Shown: in pieces, positions 13,723 through 26,738 of the stretch
Layout: each line of letters opens with the position of its first letter
How positions within the stretch are numbered: position 1 is the first letter of the stretch
The notes under the pieces: model-generated
What the model saw: only the letters and a program-made list of their open reading frames with translations
What the model was told of the DNA's origin: nothing
The model's database searches: none
Position numbers and translations under genes: made by a program
Assembly: GCF_963921235.1 (NCBI RefSeq)
Contig: NC_086097.1
Span: forward strand, 204,416,001 to 204,480,000
Direction: 5' to 3'
Source: Mobula hypostoma
Taxonomy: Eukaryota
DNA length: 64,000 bases

Positions 13723-15992
13723 TTTAGGATTAAGGATTTATTTACCAAATACAATCTTGAAGCGAAATAACTAAAATTGGTCGCTATTCTGAGAAGAGAT
13801 CTTGCAATCACTTTTGCAAGATGCAAATCTGGACAAATTGTTCAGAATTAACAAAAATGAATCTCCCATTGATGCTGTCAAAATCGACATACTTCCTTCC
13901 CCTACTCATAATAATGTAGTGCCTGAAATTGTGCACTGGAGAAGTTATAATTTCCCGAGACTTACTTGGGTGAGTAGGTGGAGTTGACCTTGTTAACTTA
14001 GCTATCTGTAGCCTAGGCTGTTCTAACTTCAAGTATTTACATTACTCAAATATGCTGGCCCTGCATAAATACTAATGCGAAACCTTCAAACAAAAATATT
14101 TAAACTAATCTATGCCAATGCATTTAAATCAACTTGTCATTTGGGTAACACTTTAAATAAGGCTCCATTTGATTTACAGAGTGGTTGCAAAAGATTTTCA
14201 TGGCATAGTCTTGAAGTGGAGCAGAAGAGTTATCCCTGGAGTCCTCACTAGTACTTACCCCTCAATCAAAGTCAGTGAAACAGATTTTCTAGTCATTATC
14301 ACACTGTGCATTACGGAGGTATGAAAGTGAAAAGTGACTGAAATCTATATCTTACATCTTTTTAGTGGTTCTTTGGCTATCAAGTCCAGGGACTAATGAA
14401 AAGCTATGAAACGTGCTGCATAAATACAAGGTATTATTTCAATCATTACCATAGAATTAGGAAACAAAGTTCTACTCAACACATAATCCAAAAACAACAT
14501 GACAGTAAATGACTGTGGAGCAATTTTAGAAAAAAAGAACATTTTCATTGAAAGGCAAACTTTTTATCTATTCTTGTCTAGCAGAGTAAAATTGATATTT
14601 TAGGCGACTTTAAAAACAAGATTGGAAGTAGTGAGTTGCTGGTCGACTTCTGGCATCTCACGAGTCACCCTATCAGTTAACAACAGACATTGATAATGAA
14701 AATTACCAGAGTCTTCAAGTATGCTAGCAACATCTCTTATCAATTGATGAAAAAGGTATTTGAAGATAAAGACCTTAGAACAAACACAAACATTTCGAAG
14801 TACTAAGTTCCGAGTACGTTTATTATCAAGTATGTATACATTATACAAACTTGAGATTCCTCTCCTTACAGGAAGACACAAAACAAAGGGATGAATCTTG
14901 ATGCTTGGTCTATCGGCAGCAGGGATCCCCGTCCAATATGTGTTTCTTAGGCTAGAGCAACCATCATCAAGCCGCTTCAAGTCACTGGAAAGATACCACT
15001 GAAGTTCTTTCTGTAAAATATTCCAACTTGATGGGAAGGATGAAAGAATCCATCCCAGGCCAAATTCCCAGCATCAAGTCCCTACTTACTCTTAATTGCT
15101 ACACCGGGCTGTTGAAATGGAAACTTTTTCAAGCTCTGTTATGTGAAGATATTGCAACTGAACAGAAGAAAAGTTTTGTTTTCTTTTCTCAAAACCTTTT
15201 TGATGCAATACGACACCCTCAGTGACTTCTCAGAAGCTGTGATCTGTGACCATTCAAAGTGATGAGGAAAACTCTGGGATGGCACTGGAAGCTTGAGTCC
15301 AGGCATCAGGAATACGTGGAATTCTTGTGAGATTTTTAGAAGGTAGCCATCCTGATACCCTTTGCTTCATCTGTGAAAGAGCCTACAGGCCCCACAAGAT
15401 ACCTCAGAACACAAAAAACCAGAGGTGAAGCAAGTCGTTCTTGATTTTGAGGGATTGCCTATGAAGAAAAGAAAAAGAACGTGCTTTCTTACAGTATACG
15501 ATAGGACAAAAGTGATCTTGATCTTTGTACAGTTTGCGAGAGCAAAAGGGACCAAGTTAACATTCACTGATTGTGTAAGACAAGTAAAGCAATAGACAAC
15601 CTCTTTTAAACTGGGCAGTTGTAAAATCTCTTTAGAATGTAATGTTTTACTCTTTGATGCCAGCTGAATCTCAGTTCCAGAGGTTCTGCGAACACTATTG
15701 AAATTGTGAGATCAAGAGAAGCACCTCAACAGGTTTAGAACAACACTACAATGTTTTGCTGTCATGTTTTGCAAATCACAACATCCAATCCCAATCACAA
15801 GAAATGATAGATAGCTTTCATAGTTTGTTTGCAGTCAGGTATATTTATAACTATCATGGTTGTGAAATTTGCACAGTAGAAGGTTACTCTGATTCCTTAG
15901 AGATGCATGGGAACAGAAAATTAAAAGAAAAGTTGTCTCTATTCCTGAACTAAATTGGAAATAACTGATAATCTACCTGATATGTATTGTCA

Positions 15993-16300
15993 GTGTTGAT
16001 GTGTGGCCAAGTGGTTAAGGCATTTGTTTAGTGATCTGAAGGTTGCTAGTTCGAGCCTTGGCTAAGGCAGCATGTGTGTCCTTGAGCAAGGCACTTAACC
16101 AAACATTGCTCTGCAACGACACCGATGCCAAGCTGTATGGGTCCTAATGCCCTTCCTGGACAACATCGGTGGCATAGAGAGGGGAGACTTGCAGCATAGG
16201 CATCTGCTGGTCTTCCATTCAACCTTGCCCAGGCCTGCACCCTGGAAACCTTCCAAGGCGCAAATCCATGGTCTCATAAGACTAACGGATGCCTATAAGA
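15993..16300 (+). mobile_element. tRNA-derived CORE-type SINE, full length
   Basis: A box TGGCCAAGTGG, B box GTTCGAGCC, CORE-like TGTGTCCTTGAGCAAGGCACTTAACC; 11-bp TSD ATGTATTGTCA at 15982-15992 and 16301-16311. Confidence 0.85.
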
Positions 16301-16614
16301 ATGTATTGTCACAGCTTCGTGCAAAGTGTAGCTAATCTTTTGTTGGTAAATTTTCTTCAGGACTCGTGTCAGAGACACCAGTACATTTCATCACTCAGTA
16401 CTGTAATTTTAGGTGCTACAGGTACCTATTTGCACATTATTTTGACATTATTGGATTAAGAAAAGGGGTATTCATTGCCTTCTGTTGACTAAACAGCAAG
16501 TTTGGCCCAAGGATCTGTACATATTACAAACTTCCTGAAAGTTCAGAGATGACAGACTGTACGTATGGTGTTATGGGAACAGCCATAGTTCATTAATAGA
16601 AAAGACTATCAGGC

Positions 16615-16760
16615 CTTGAAAATGCAGATAAGAGAAAAAAATGTTGGAAATACTCAGCAGGTGGACACAAAAAACAGGGTTAATGTTTCGAGTTGAAACT
16701 CTTTCCACTGATGCTCCTGTGTTTCCAGCACTTTTGTTTGTATTTCAGATTTTCAGCATA
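16615..16760. mobile_element. Old Penelope pLTR-derived relic
   Basis: AATGTTGGAAATACTCAGCAGG and TTCCAGCACTTTTG..TTCAGCAT resemble pLTR ends in opposite orientations. Confidence 0.5.
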
Positions 16761-17787
16761 TGTTTCAACAGTTTGATTTTCATTGTAAGTACAAATCATG
16801 TGAGTCCACCACTAAAGGATTGTAGCTATCAGTTCCATACATCCAGAAGACCTTTGCTCAAGAGGTAATTGACATTTCTCATATTTCAATTACTTGATGG
16901 GACTAATGAGTGGTTCTCAAACAAACAAGGACTATTCCCTGAATTGATGGCCTATCATTCCTGTCCAGGAGGTTTGGAGTAATTAGGAGTGTATTAGATT
17001 CCATATGAAAAATGACATACAGAAATTTCAGTGCCTGGCACTGAAGTTACCATAGTGTCATACAAAACAAAAACAAGCCCGTCAGCCTATCATATCCTAT
17101 CATAGGAGTAATGGACCGCATGACCCAATATACATCGGTGGTGCGCAAGTGGAACAGGTCAAAAGCTTTAAGTTCCTCGGAGTCAATATCACAAATGACC
17201 TGACTTGGTCCAACCAAGCAGAGTTCACTGCCAAGAAGGCCCACCAGTGCCTTTACATTCTGAGAAATCTAAAGAAATTTGGCCTGTCCCCTAAAACCCT
17301 CAATAATTTTTATAGATGCACTGTAGAAGGCATTATTCTAGGGTGCATCACAACCTGGTATGGAAGTTGTCCTGTCCAAGACCAAAAGAAGCTGCAGAAG
17401 ATCATGAATACAGCGCAGCACATCACACAAACCAATCTTCCGGCCGTGGACTCACTTTCCACCGCACGCTATTGGAGCAGTGCTGCCAGGATAATCAAGG
17501 ACAAGACCCACCCAGCCAACACACTTTTCATCCCTCTTCCCTCCGGGAGAAGGCTCAGGAGCTTGAAGACTCGTACGGCCAGATTTGGGAACAGCTTCTT
17601 TCCAACTGTGATAAGACTGCTGAACGGATCCTGACCCGGAGCTGCGCCGTACCCTCCAAATATCAGAACCTGCCTGTCGGTTTTTTTGCACTACCTTACT
17701 TTCCATTTTTCTATTTTCTATGTATGATTTATAATTTATTTTTTTGATATTTACTAATTTTAACTGTTTCTAATATTTAATATTTAT

Positions 17788-18934
17788 TCATCAAGGACGG
17801 ACAAAATGCTTGAAAATCTCCAACCCAGGGCCCCGCATTGACTAGATTCTGTTAAGAGGAAGGTCAATCAGTCGGATGAAACTCAGCGGCAGGAAGAAAT
17901 CCACAGTCCGCAGAGTATCTGGGACAGTCCACTGAGGCTGTCTACAAGAAGGGTCAGAGCCGTCTCTATTTCCTGAGGAGACTGAGGTCCTTTAACATCT
18001 GTCGGACGATGCTGAAGATGTTCTACGAGTCTGTGGTGGCCAGTGCGATCATGTTTGCTGTTGTGTGCTGGGGCAGCAGGCTGAGGTTGGCAGACACCAA
18101 CAGAATCAACAAACTCATTCGTAAGGCCAGTGATGTTGTGGGGATGGAACTGGACTCTCTGATAGTGGTGTCTGAAAAGAGGATGCTGTCCAAGTTGCAT
18201 GCCATCTTGGATAATGTCTCCCATCCACTACATAATGTACTGGCAGGGCACAGGGGTACATTCAGCCAGAGACTCATTCCACTGAGATGCAACACAGAGC
18301 ATCATAGGAAGTCATTCCTGCCTGTGGCCATCAATCTCCTCCCTTGGAGGGTCAGACACCCTGAGCCAATAGGCTGGTCCTGGACATTTCCTGGCATAAT
18401 TTACATATTACTATTTAATTATTTATGGTTTTATTACTATTTAATTATTTATGGTGCAACTGTAATGAAAACCAATTTACCCCGCGATCAATAAAGTATG
18501 ACTATGACTATGTATCAGCACCTACGGGATGTGGAAGTTTCAGGCACAAGCAGCAGTCCAAGACACAGGGCAGGCACATCGTAAAGTGGAGAACATGTCA
18601 GGACGTAAGCTATTGGTGAAATGGCCAAAGTCTAACAGCAAGGAGTGGGAAACCATCAATACAGATGTGAGAAAAGGAAAGACAACAACTGGGCTGCAAG
18701 ATGAAGACCGGAGGGTATGGAACTGAGGGGAGTGTATCTGGGACACCAGGTAGCACCGTTGAGCCCTCTGAAGACGTCGTGGGCTTATCAACGAAACGTC
18801 AAACAAGGAGGGTGTCCACCTGATGACCCCGATGACGTACCTACCCTCCCTCCTTGTCACCACTCCAAACCCACTGCCAACATCGAGAGTGCCAACTTAC
18901 CATAGGGATTGAAACATCAAGTCCTAGTAGCTCT
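17788..18934 (+). mobile_element. Internally deleted Hero-like (RLE-class) non-LTR element
   Basis: IHQGRTKC zinc-finger tail, QEEIHSPQSI and VKWPKSNSKEWETINTD joined to C-terminal KRKDNNW* and a 3' UTR; motifs recalled from Hero ORFs. Confidence 0.55.
17920..18511 (+). mobile_element. Rex1/Babar LINE 3' fragment nested in the Hero-like element
   Basis: KKGQSRLYFLRRLRSF, FYESVVASAIMFAVVCWG; AATAAAG(TATGAC)n tail; short duplication GTATC at 17915-17919 and 18512-18516. Confidence 0.85.
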
Positions 18935-19049
18935 ACTATTTGTAATCCAGGGAGTATGAAGCGCAGAATCAAATATCGCTGTGATGATTGTACGTTCTAG
19001 TACCAATTGTTTGGCGACAATAAAGTATAAAGTATAAAGTATATCCATG

Positions 19050-19470
19050 ACAATCATCCAGTACTTATCCATAGTAATCTCATTTACCTGTACTGCGTCC
19101 AGGGCATTATATAAGTTTAAAGTGCTTATCTCGATATTTCTTAACTATTGTGAGAACACCTGCCTTACCACCCATTCAGGCAGTCCATTCCAGATTCTAA
19201 CTACCCTCTGGATGAAAAGATTCTCCCTCAGATCCCTGTAAGCTTCTTATTCCCTTATCATAATTATGTGTCTCCAGTTTTAGATACCTCTGCAACAGGA
19301 AGAAGTTTCCCACCATATATCCAATCTATACCACTCATAATACAACATATCTCTATGAGGTCCTCCCACAACCTCCAGTACTCTAAGAAAAAGAAAACCG
19401 GCCTTTTCAGTCTTTCCTTATGACTGAGCTATATCTAATGTAATATCCCAGTGAATCTCTTACCCTCACC
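19050..19470 (-). mobile_element. Old CR1 3' fragment
   Basis: Degenerate reverse complement of the CR1 RT C-terminus (CATTCCAGATTCTAACTACCCTCTGGATGAAAAG). Confidence 0.6.
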
Positions 19471-19574
19471 AATGCAATCAAATAATTGTATAAAGATCCT
19501 CTTGGCACACCGTTGGCCTCAGACTTCCAAGTACAAAATAAAGCCTCATCTTATATCATCTATTACCAAGCCAA

Positions 19575-19718
19575 GCAACACACACAAAATGCTGGAGGAA
19601 CTCAGCAGGCCAGGCAGCATCTATGGAAAAGTGCGAGCAGTTGATGTTTTGAGCTGAGACCCTTCATCAGGAATGTGTTGCTTGAATATCAGCATCTGAC
19701 GACTTTCTCAAGTTTGTG
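19575..19718. mobile_element. Mini Penelope insertion (two pLTR pieces in opposite orientation)
   Basis: Minus pLTR up to ACCCTTCATCAGGA, then plus pLTR end; TSD TATT(A/T)CCAAGCCAA at 19561-19574 and 19719-19732. Confidence 0.75.
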
Positions 19719-19804
19719 TATTTCCAAGCCAATTTTATCAGATGCTGCATCTGCTGTAAGCAATATTGAAAGCATTGCCTCTTACCTACATTACCACTTA
19801 TCGT

Positions 19805-20200
19805 CTACCGAATCATTTTGGGTGGAAGTGAGAAAAAGGAAGGGGGCAATAACTCTACTGGGTGCTTTTTATAGACCACCCACCAATAGTAACAGAGACA
19901 TCGAGGAGCAGATAGGCAGGCAGATTCTGGAATGGTGCAATAATAATAGAGTTGTTGAGATGGGAGATTTTAATTTTCCTAGTATTGACTAACATCTCCT
20001 TAAAGCAAGGGGGTTAGATGGGGTGGAGTTTGTTAGGTATATTCAGGAAGGTTTCCTGATGCAATATGTAGATAAGCCAGCGAAAAATAGAGGGCTGTGC
20101 AGTAGTGAAATTCTAGGCAGTTTCCAGAGCAGGTTACAGGGTCGGTACAACACTGTGGGCTGAAGGGCCATTGAAGTGCTGTAGATTTCTGTGTTTCTAC
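19805..20200 (+). mobile_element. CR1 relic: endonuclease fragment joined to 3' UTR
   Basis: WVEV..FYRPP..MGDFNFPSID followed after ~20085 by the CR1 3' UTR. Confidence 0.75.
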
Positions 20201-20319
20201 AGAGCAGAGGCAGTGTTAAAAATGAGTAGGGAATAGATGATGAAGAAGAGCTGAGCTTTGATAAAAAGGCATATTCTGTGTGTGAAACAGGTAAAATGTT
20301 TTATTATTGGTAAATTGTT

Positions 20320-21530
20320 ATTCACCACCTTATCTCCCTGTGTTGCCACATCATTTTCACACCTACCAAGGCACAGTGGAAAACATTGTTTTGCATGTCA
20401 TCCATATAGATCATTTCATCACATCAGGGCATTGAAGTAGAAACTCAATTGCAGAATCAAGTGTTAAAGCAGGTAAATTTTAAGATGCAAAGTCACAACA
20501 AGATAGAATGGGAAATCATGAGTCCGTCTTATCACAATAGGGAAACATTCAACCGCCTTATAAAGGCAGGGTAGAAGCTAGCCTTGAGACTGCTGGAACG
20601 TGCTTTCAGGTTTTTGTACCTCTGCCTGATGGGAGGGGAGAGAAGAATGTCTGAGGTAGGTGGGATCTTTAATATGTGATCTGGCTGCTTTACTGAGGCA
20701 AGTATAGACAAAATCCATGGAAGGGAGGTTGGTTTCTCTGATGTGTTGAGCTGTGTCCACAACTCTACAGTTTCTTGAGTTCGTGGGCAGAGCAGATGCA
20801 ATACTAAGCTGTGATATATACAGATAGGTATGGTGCACTGAGGGTCAAAGGAGAATGTTGTTGTCTGAGGAAACAGAATATAGAATTGAACTGAATTGGA
20901 ATTGGTTTATTATTGTCACGTACGAGATACAGAAAGAAACTTATTTAGTTATTTATTTAGAAATACAGCGCGGAGTAGGCCCTTCTTTCCCTTCAAGTCA
21001 TGCCACCATAGCAACCCCCAAACCCCGATTAATCCTAACCTAATTACGGGACAAATTACAATAACTAATTAACCTACCTGATACATTTTTGGACTGTGGG
21101 AGGAAACGAGAGCACCCAGAGAGGAGGACTTAGAGACACTCCATACAGAATGGCACCAGAATTAAACTCTGAATACGGGTATGCCCCGAGCTGTAATAGC
21201 ATCACGCTAACCGCATTGCTACTGCAGTGCCCATTCAGTTTCCTTGCATACTGTCCATACAGATCATATCATCACACAGTGCACTGAAGTAGAACAAGGA
21301 AAACAATAAAGTGTCCCAGATCAAAGATCCCACCTACTTCAGACATTTTCAGTTCTCCCCATCAGGCAGAAGATATGAAAGCGTAACGGGTAAAGAGAAA
21401 GTGCAGTGCAGTTAAAGAATAAGGTGCAAGATCATAATGAAGTTGACTGAGAGCTCAGAAGTCCTATTTATCATACCAGGGAACTATTTTATAGTCTTAT
21501 AACAGCGGAGTGGAAACTATTCGAACTAGT
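20320..21530 (-). mobile_element. Cluster of Rex1/Babar 3' fragments
   Basis: HIIKDP-like and SFYPAFIRRLN C-terminal remnants with repeated 3' UTRs. Confidence 0.6.
20941..21230 (-). mobile_element. HE1-like V-SINE, near full length
   Basis: tRNA-like head at ~21230, V-domain (plus strand TTTGGACTGTGGGAGGAAAC), CR1-like tail GAAGGGCCTAC..CTGTATTTCT(AAAT)n. Confidence 0.75.
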
Positions 21531-21554
21531 AGCAGGCTTTTTTCTTTGGAAATA

Positions 21555-21820
21555 AGAACGATGGAAGATGACTTGCTAGAAGGGTACAAGATGACAAGAG
21601 GCATAGATAGAGTGTACAACCAGAGACAATTTTTCCCAGGGCAAAAATAGCTAATACAAAGGCTATAATTATAAGGTAATTGAAGGAAAGTATTGTTGCC
21701 GTGGCGGCGGGGGGGGATAGTGGGAATATTTTTTTTAACATAGATCATGGAATAAAGGGCTAACACAACATCGTGGGCCGGAGGACCTGGCTACACTGTG
21801 CTACACTGCTCTATGTTCAA
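21555..21820 (+). mobile_element. CR1 3' fragment, degraded
   Basis: GACTTGCTAGAAGGGTACAAGATG...CAACATCGTGGGCCGAG...CTCTATGTTC. Confidence 0.65.
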
Positions 21821-24304
21821 TGAAGACCATGAAGTATCCCAGATGCACAAGAAAAGGCATTTAGAACCCAGAATAAAACTCCAGTGTTGTCATAAAGTGG
21901 CAAACTGAATTCCAACTGCACAAGGCATAAACATGATGTTCAGATGTGAACAACACTGAGTCAAACTGACATAGATTCCTCAAGCATTGTTCTTTCCATG
22001 TGCCTTTTCCATTTTGGAAACTGTTGGAACAGAATTTCTATCATTTTCAATTTGTTATGCCAGATCAAAACTCCAAAGAAAATAGTAAGAATTAATGTGG
22101 GAATTCAGAGTTTTTGAGCATCTTCTTAATTTAATATTTCATACAATCAAACTGTTTTAAAATCTGTTAAAAGTGTTTCATAAATATTGCATTGTTGGAC
22201 ATATTGATGATTTGCTACTAAATGATCACTGAGGATTATAACTTGAAGGAAAACACGTTGGAATGAAGAAATGAGAATCTTTTATAAACATTGCACAACC
22301 TTTCAGCCTCAGAAGAAACACTGATAACGATTTGATCTCTTGTGATTTAAGAAATTCTCTTACGTTGGAAAGCTGTAATTGAGTCCAAAGGGAATAAAAT
22401 CCCAAAGGCTGTCAAAGCTTTTTAAGTTGGAAATTAGTCTTCCATCTGTTTGGATCTTTGGCAAAGATATTTACCATAGGTTTTACCAATATCACCTGAA
22501 TGACACTTCCAGTTGCACTGAAAATGCAAATCTCAACTTGATGTGATAAACATTGCATCACACTCTCATTGTTTATCAGCTAATAATTTTAAACAAATCT
22601 ATTGTTAAGCATATTTTTAATCTTGCCAATAAAACACTGCATTTTGCATGATGCACTAAAGAATATACTGTATATCTATGCATTCTCAAGAGTGTAAATG
22701 AAAATAAAGTAAGTGCTGAAAATTTTTGATGCAAAATTCTTAAATGTCTCATATAATTATGCAGACAGCAGGTGATTTTTGCAATCTAAACCTATAGACC
22801 CTTTATAAATGCAGATGCTTCAAGAGAACACTCTTGGAATGTCAGTTTTGTGAGTCAGGTTAGATATTATTAGTAATATTATATTGACAAATTAAATGTG
22901 AAGGAGGTTCAGACTTGCATTATTATACAGGATGTTCCACTGACAAGTGAAACGTTGTCAAAAGTTTAGAGTCATGGTTAGTCAAAAATGGCACAAATGA
23001 TAATGAAGGTTGTTGTGTCTATTTGGATGAGTTGCTCTTCACTGTGATCCAGAATTCATATTCATACATATTGGTACTAAGAAAAAGTAGGGACAGAGCT
23101 CATATTAAAAAGAGAAATGTTAATTCTCACCTGAGACAAAGCAGAACCTTCTGGCAAAGTCTGTTTATTGAAGTTATTTAGGAAGACTAGTTACCAATTG
23201 GATTTGTAAGCAGGACATAGAATTTGAAAACAGGTAGTAACTGTACAGGCAAAAAAAGAGGCAGTTAGAATACAATCTGGAGAAATGTGAGGGTATTTAT
23301 TTTGGTAGGAAGAATAACAAAACACATAGGCTTGAAAACTATATGCAATATAGAGCAATGTTTATGTATTGTGTAAAGTTAAGAAAGGGCTTTAGTTGAG
23401 ATATTCAGCTCAAATATGGAAACACTGGTACCAAATCATCCAAGCAAACTAACTTAATGCTCTATTTAATTAGTCTCTCCAAATTGCGATGGGGGATTTA
23501 ATCACAATGTTCTATGCATAGCCATCAGCAATGCAGTCCAAATTAATGAATCAGAAACCAAAAGCTTCTCAAACAAGTATGAAGATAAGATAGACTGACG
23601 TTTCTCTTTGGTTTTCTTTGTCCTTTGTGTTGACCTCTTTGCCACATCCTCCAGGTGGGATTTCTCATATTTCTCAGGCCAGGCAACTCCTTGAGTGTTG
23701 TTATTCTCCTCCTTATTTGCCTATCACTAATTCTCTCACACATGCCCATCAACAGGCTTCGAGCAACAGCAAATCAGAGCTTGGAAGCCTGTGAAGACAT
23801 AGCTCATTCAGGTTTGCCGAGAGAGTAGAAAAGGCAGCCACTCACAGCAGTTTGATGCTTTGAGCAGTGGCCAATCAGCATATGGATTGATTGGCATGAA
23901 TAAATTAAAGTAAGGAAGGGACAAGCAAAAAGACCATTGTTAGAGTGGCCATTGTCGGAATGATCAGAGTTAGAGTGGAGATATTTTAGGCTTTAGCTCT
24001 TCGAGGCTTCAGTGAGAGAAGGTGAAAAAGGCTGCAGGTAGAATAATTTTCTCCCCAATGGTTTATTGTTTTTCCTTCTTTATACTTGCTCAGTTAGAAC
24101 AGTAGAGATGCCAGGCAGGATAGTGGAATGCTCTTCTTGCAAGACATGGGAAGGCAGGGAGACCTTCAGTGTGCCTGATGACTACACTTGTGAAAAGTGC
24201 ATCCAGCTGCAGCTTCTAACAATCCACGTTAAGGAGTTGGAGCTGGAAACGGATGAACTCCTGATGTTTCAGGAAGCAGAGGGGGTGATAGACAGGACAT
24301 ATAG

Positions 24305-25055
24305 AGAAACATAGAAACATAGAAAATAGGTGCAGGAGTAGACCATTCGGCCCTTCGAGCCTGCACCGCCATTCAGTATGATCATGGCTGATCATCCAAC
24401 TCAGAACCCTGTACCAGCCTTCCCTCCATACCCCCTGATCCCTTTAGCCACAAAGGCCATATCTAACTCCCTCTTAAATATAGCCAATGAACTGGCCTCA
24501 ACTGTTTCCTGTGGCAGAGAATTCCACAGATTCACCACTCTCTGTGTGAAGAAGTTTTTCCTCATCTCGGTCCTAAAAGGCTTCCCCTTTATCCTCAAAC
24601 TGTGACCCCTCGTTCTGGACTTCCCCAACATCGGGAACAATCTTCCTGCATCTAGCCTGTCCGATCCCTTTAGGATTTTATACGTTTCAATCAGATCCCC
24701 CCTCAATCTTCTAAATTCCAATGAGTATAAGCCTAGTTCATCCAGTCTTTCATCATATGAAAGTCCTGCCATCCCAGGAATCAATCTGGTGAACCTTCTT
24801 TGTACTCCCTCTATGGAAAGGATGTCTTTCCTCAGATTAGGGGACCAAAACTGCACACAATACTCCAGGTGTGGTCTCACCAAGGCCTTGTACAACTGCA
24901 GTAGTACCTCCCTGCTCCTGTACTCGAATCCTATTGCTATAAATGCCAGCATACCATTCACCTTTTTCACCGCCTGCTGTACCTGCATGCCCACCTTCAA
25001 TGACTGGTGTATAATGACACCCAGGTCTCATTGCACCTCCCCTTTTCCTAATCGG
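24305..25055 (-). mobile_element. Young CR1 3' fragment (same subfamily as 31536-35469)
   Basis: ORF 24401-25000 nearly identical to the C-terminus of ORF 34429-35367; (TTTCTATG)n tail. Confidence 0.95.
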
Positions 25056-25974
25056 GAGGTAGTTACACCCAAGGCAACAGACACGGGAAACTGGGTGACA
25101 GACAGGAAGGGGAAAGGGTTTAAACAGCCAGTGCACAGTATCCCTATGGCCAAAGTCCACAACAACAGGCATACCACTTTGGATACTGTTAGGGGCAGGA
25201 CTGGCAGTTCAATATTCCAGGGTTTTGTTGTTTAATGACAGAGGGGCAGGGATTAAAGGAGGAAGGGTGGTGTTACTAATCAGGGAAAAGATCACGCAGT
25301 GCTCAGTTATAACAGACTGGAGAACTCATCTAGTGAGGCTATATGGGTGGAAATGAGAAATAAAAAAAAAGTATGGGGCTATATTACAGAAGACCCAACA
25401 GTCCTAAGGATTTAGAGGAACAGATTTGTAGAGAGATATTAGACTGTTGCAAGAAACGTAAGATTGTCACAGTAGTGGTTTTAACTTTCCACATATTGAC
25501 TGGGACTCCCATTTGGTAAAAAGACTAGATGGAATAGAGTTTATCAAATATATTCAGAAAGGTTTCCTTAATCAGTACGTAGCCATCCCAATGAGAGAAT
25601 ATGCGATACATGTTCTGCTATGAGGTACTGAGACAAGGCAGGTGACAGAAGTTTGTGTGGGGAACACTCCGCATCTAGTGATCACAATGTCATTAGTTTC
25701 AAAGTAAAAATGCAAGAAGATAGGGCTGGCCTGTGGGTTGAGGTTCTGAAGTGGAGTAAGGCCATTTTGATGGCGTCAGAAAGGATCTGGCAAATGCGGA
25801 TTGGGACAGTCCGTTTTCTGGCAAAGGTGTACTTGGTAAGTGGGAGGCCTACAAAAATGAAATTTTGAGAGTGCCTATCAAAATAAAAGGTAAAGATAAT
25901 GGGTGTAGGGAACAATGGTTTTCAACAGATATTGGGGCCTGGTTAAGAAAAAAAATGAGTTGCATGGTAGGACG

Positions 25975-26300
25975 TTGGGGTCAGTGACTTTTGGATCAAC
26001 GTGATTGCCCAAGCTCAATTCAAAAACATGAGAGCAATTGCAATGCTCCTACTCACACTGCTCCCCTCCACATGCACATGTGAGTCATGGTTTTCTTCAA
26101 TGAACTCTGTCAAGAACCAGGACAGAAACAGACTCTCAATGCACATCTTGGCCAGTGCCTCAGGATTGCCACAACAGAATACAGGCCCAACATCAGAAGA
26201 ATTGCCTCATCCCGTCGCTGTCACTTGTCTCACTGACTGGTGACTGAATCAATCTATTTTTGTCCATTTGTCAATCTTATTGTGGTATAATAATATTACA
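25975..26300 (+). mobile_element. hAT DNA transposon relic (C-terminal dimerization domain)
   Basis: FKNMRAIAMLLLTLLPSTCTCESWFSSMNSVKNQDRNRLS matches the hAT STxxCExxFS..K...R.RL motif. Confidence 0.75.
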
Positions 26301-26466
26301 ACAACAATAATACTGATAATTTCATTTATAGCTACACTTCATACTTCAAATGCTACATAGTTTAATTAAAAAGAATAAATAGATTAAATGAGAGAACAGA
26401 AACAGTGGAAAAGGCAGTACTACTAAAACTCTTTGTGTGGAAGAGAAGTGGTGAAGACCACCATGT

Positions 26467-26470
<4 letters not shown>

Positions 26471-26504
<34 letters not shown>
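26471..26504. repeat. (TG)n microsatellite
   Basis: Direct reading. Confidence 0.95.
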
Positions 26505-26509
<5 letters not shown>

Positions 26510-26662
26510 TTTAAGTCCCAGATGAGATCTCAGTGTGACAGCTGACAATTGTGATAGCTAGAGTCATAATTAAATGGTTGTTTCCGGACTTATTTTGTTT
26601 CAAGAGTGCATTTTTTTTTCTTGTGTGACCCACAACACAGGCTTTGAGAATCCCAGGCCTAA

Positions 26663-26738
26663 ATTATTACTACTACCACTACTACTACTACTATTAATAA
26701 TAATAATAATAATAACGATAATAGCAGCAACAACAACA
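26663..26738. repeat. Compound trinucleotide repeat (TAC/TAA/CAA)
   Basis: Direct reading. Confidence 0.9.

Larger units (their letters stand above)
17100..19045 (+). mobile_element. Rex1/Babar LINE 3' part, 3' UTR interrupted at ~17788-18934
   Basis: ORF 17149-17634 SFKFLGV..KKAHQCLYILR..NSFFPTVIRLLN; UTR appears to resume at ~18935 and ends AATAAAG(TATAAAG)n. Confidence 0.8.

Noticed and set aside
13793..13975. Plus-strand coding exon ending TGG|GTGAGT
   Set aside because: Weak acceptor, in-frame stop just upstream, no recognisable homolog, and an equally good GTAAGT donor overlaps on the opposite strand.
15340..15600. Possible coding or transposase remnant (HPDTLCFIC..; PMKKRKR)
   Set aside because: Short frames with stops and no consistent domain.
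15993..16070. tRNA gene (also 46640-46712)
   Set aside because: A/B boxes run into SINE bodies and no complete cloverleaf is evident.
18760..18815. Hammerhead-like CTGAAGA...GAAACGTC in the Hero-like 3' UTR
   Set aside because: Stem II and stem I pairings are imperfect; cannot support a ribozyme without a consensus.
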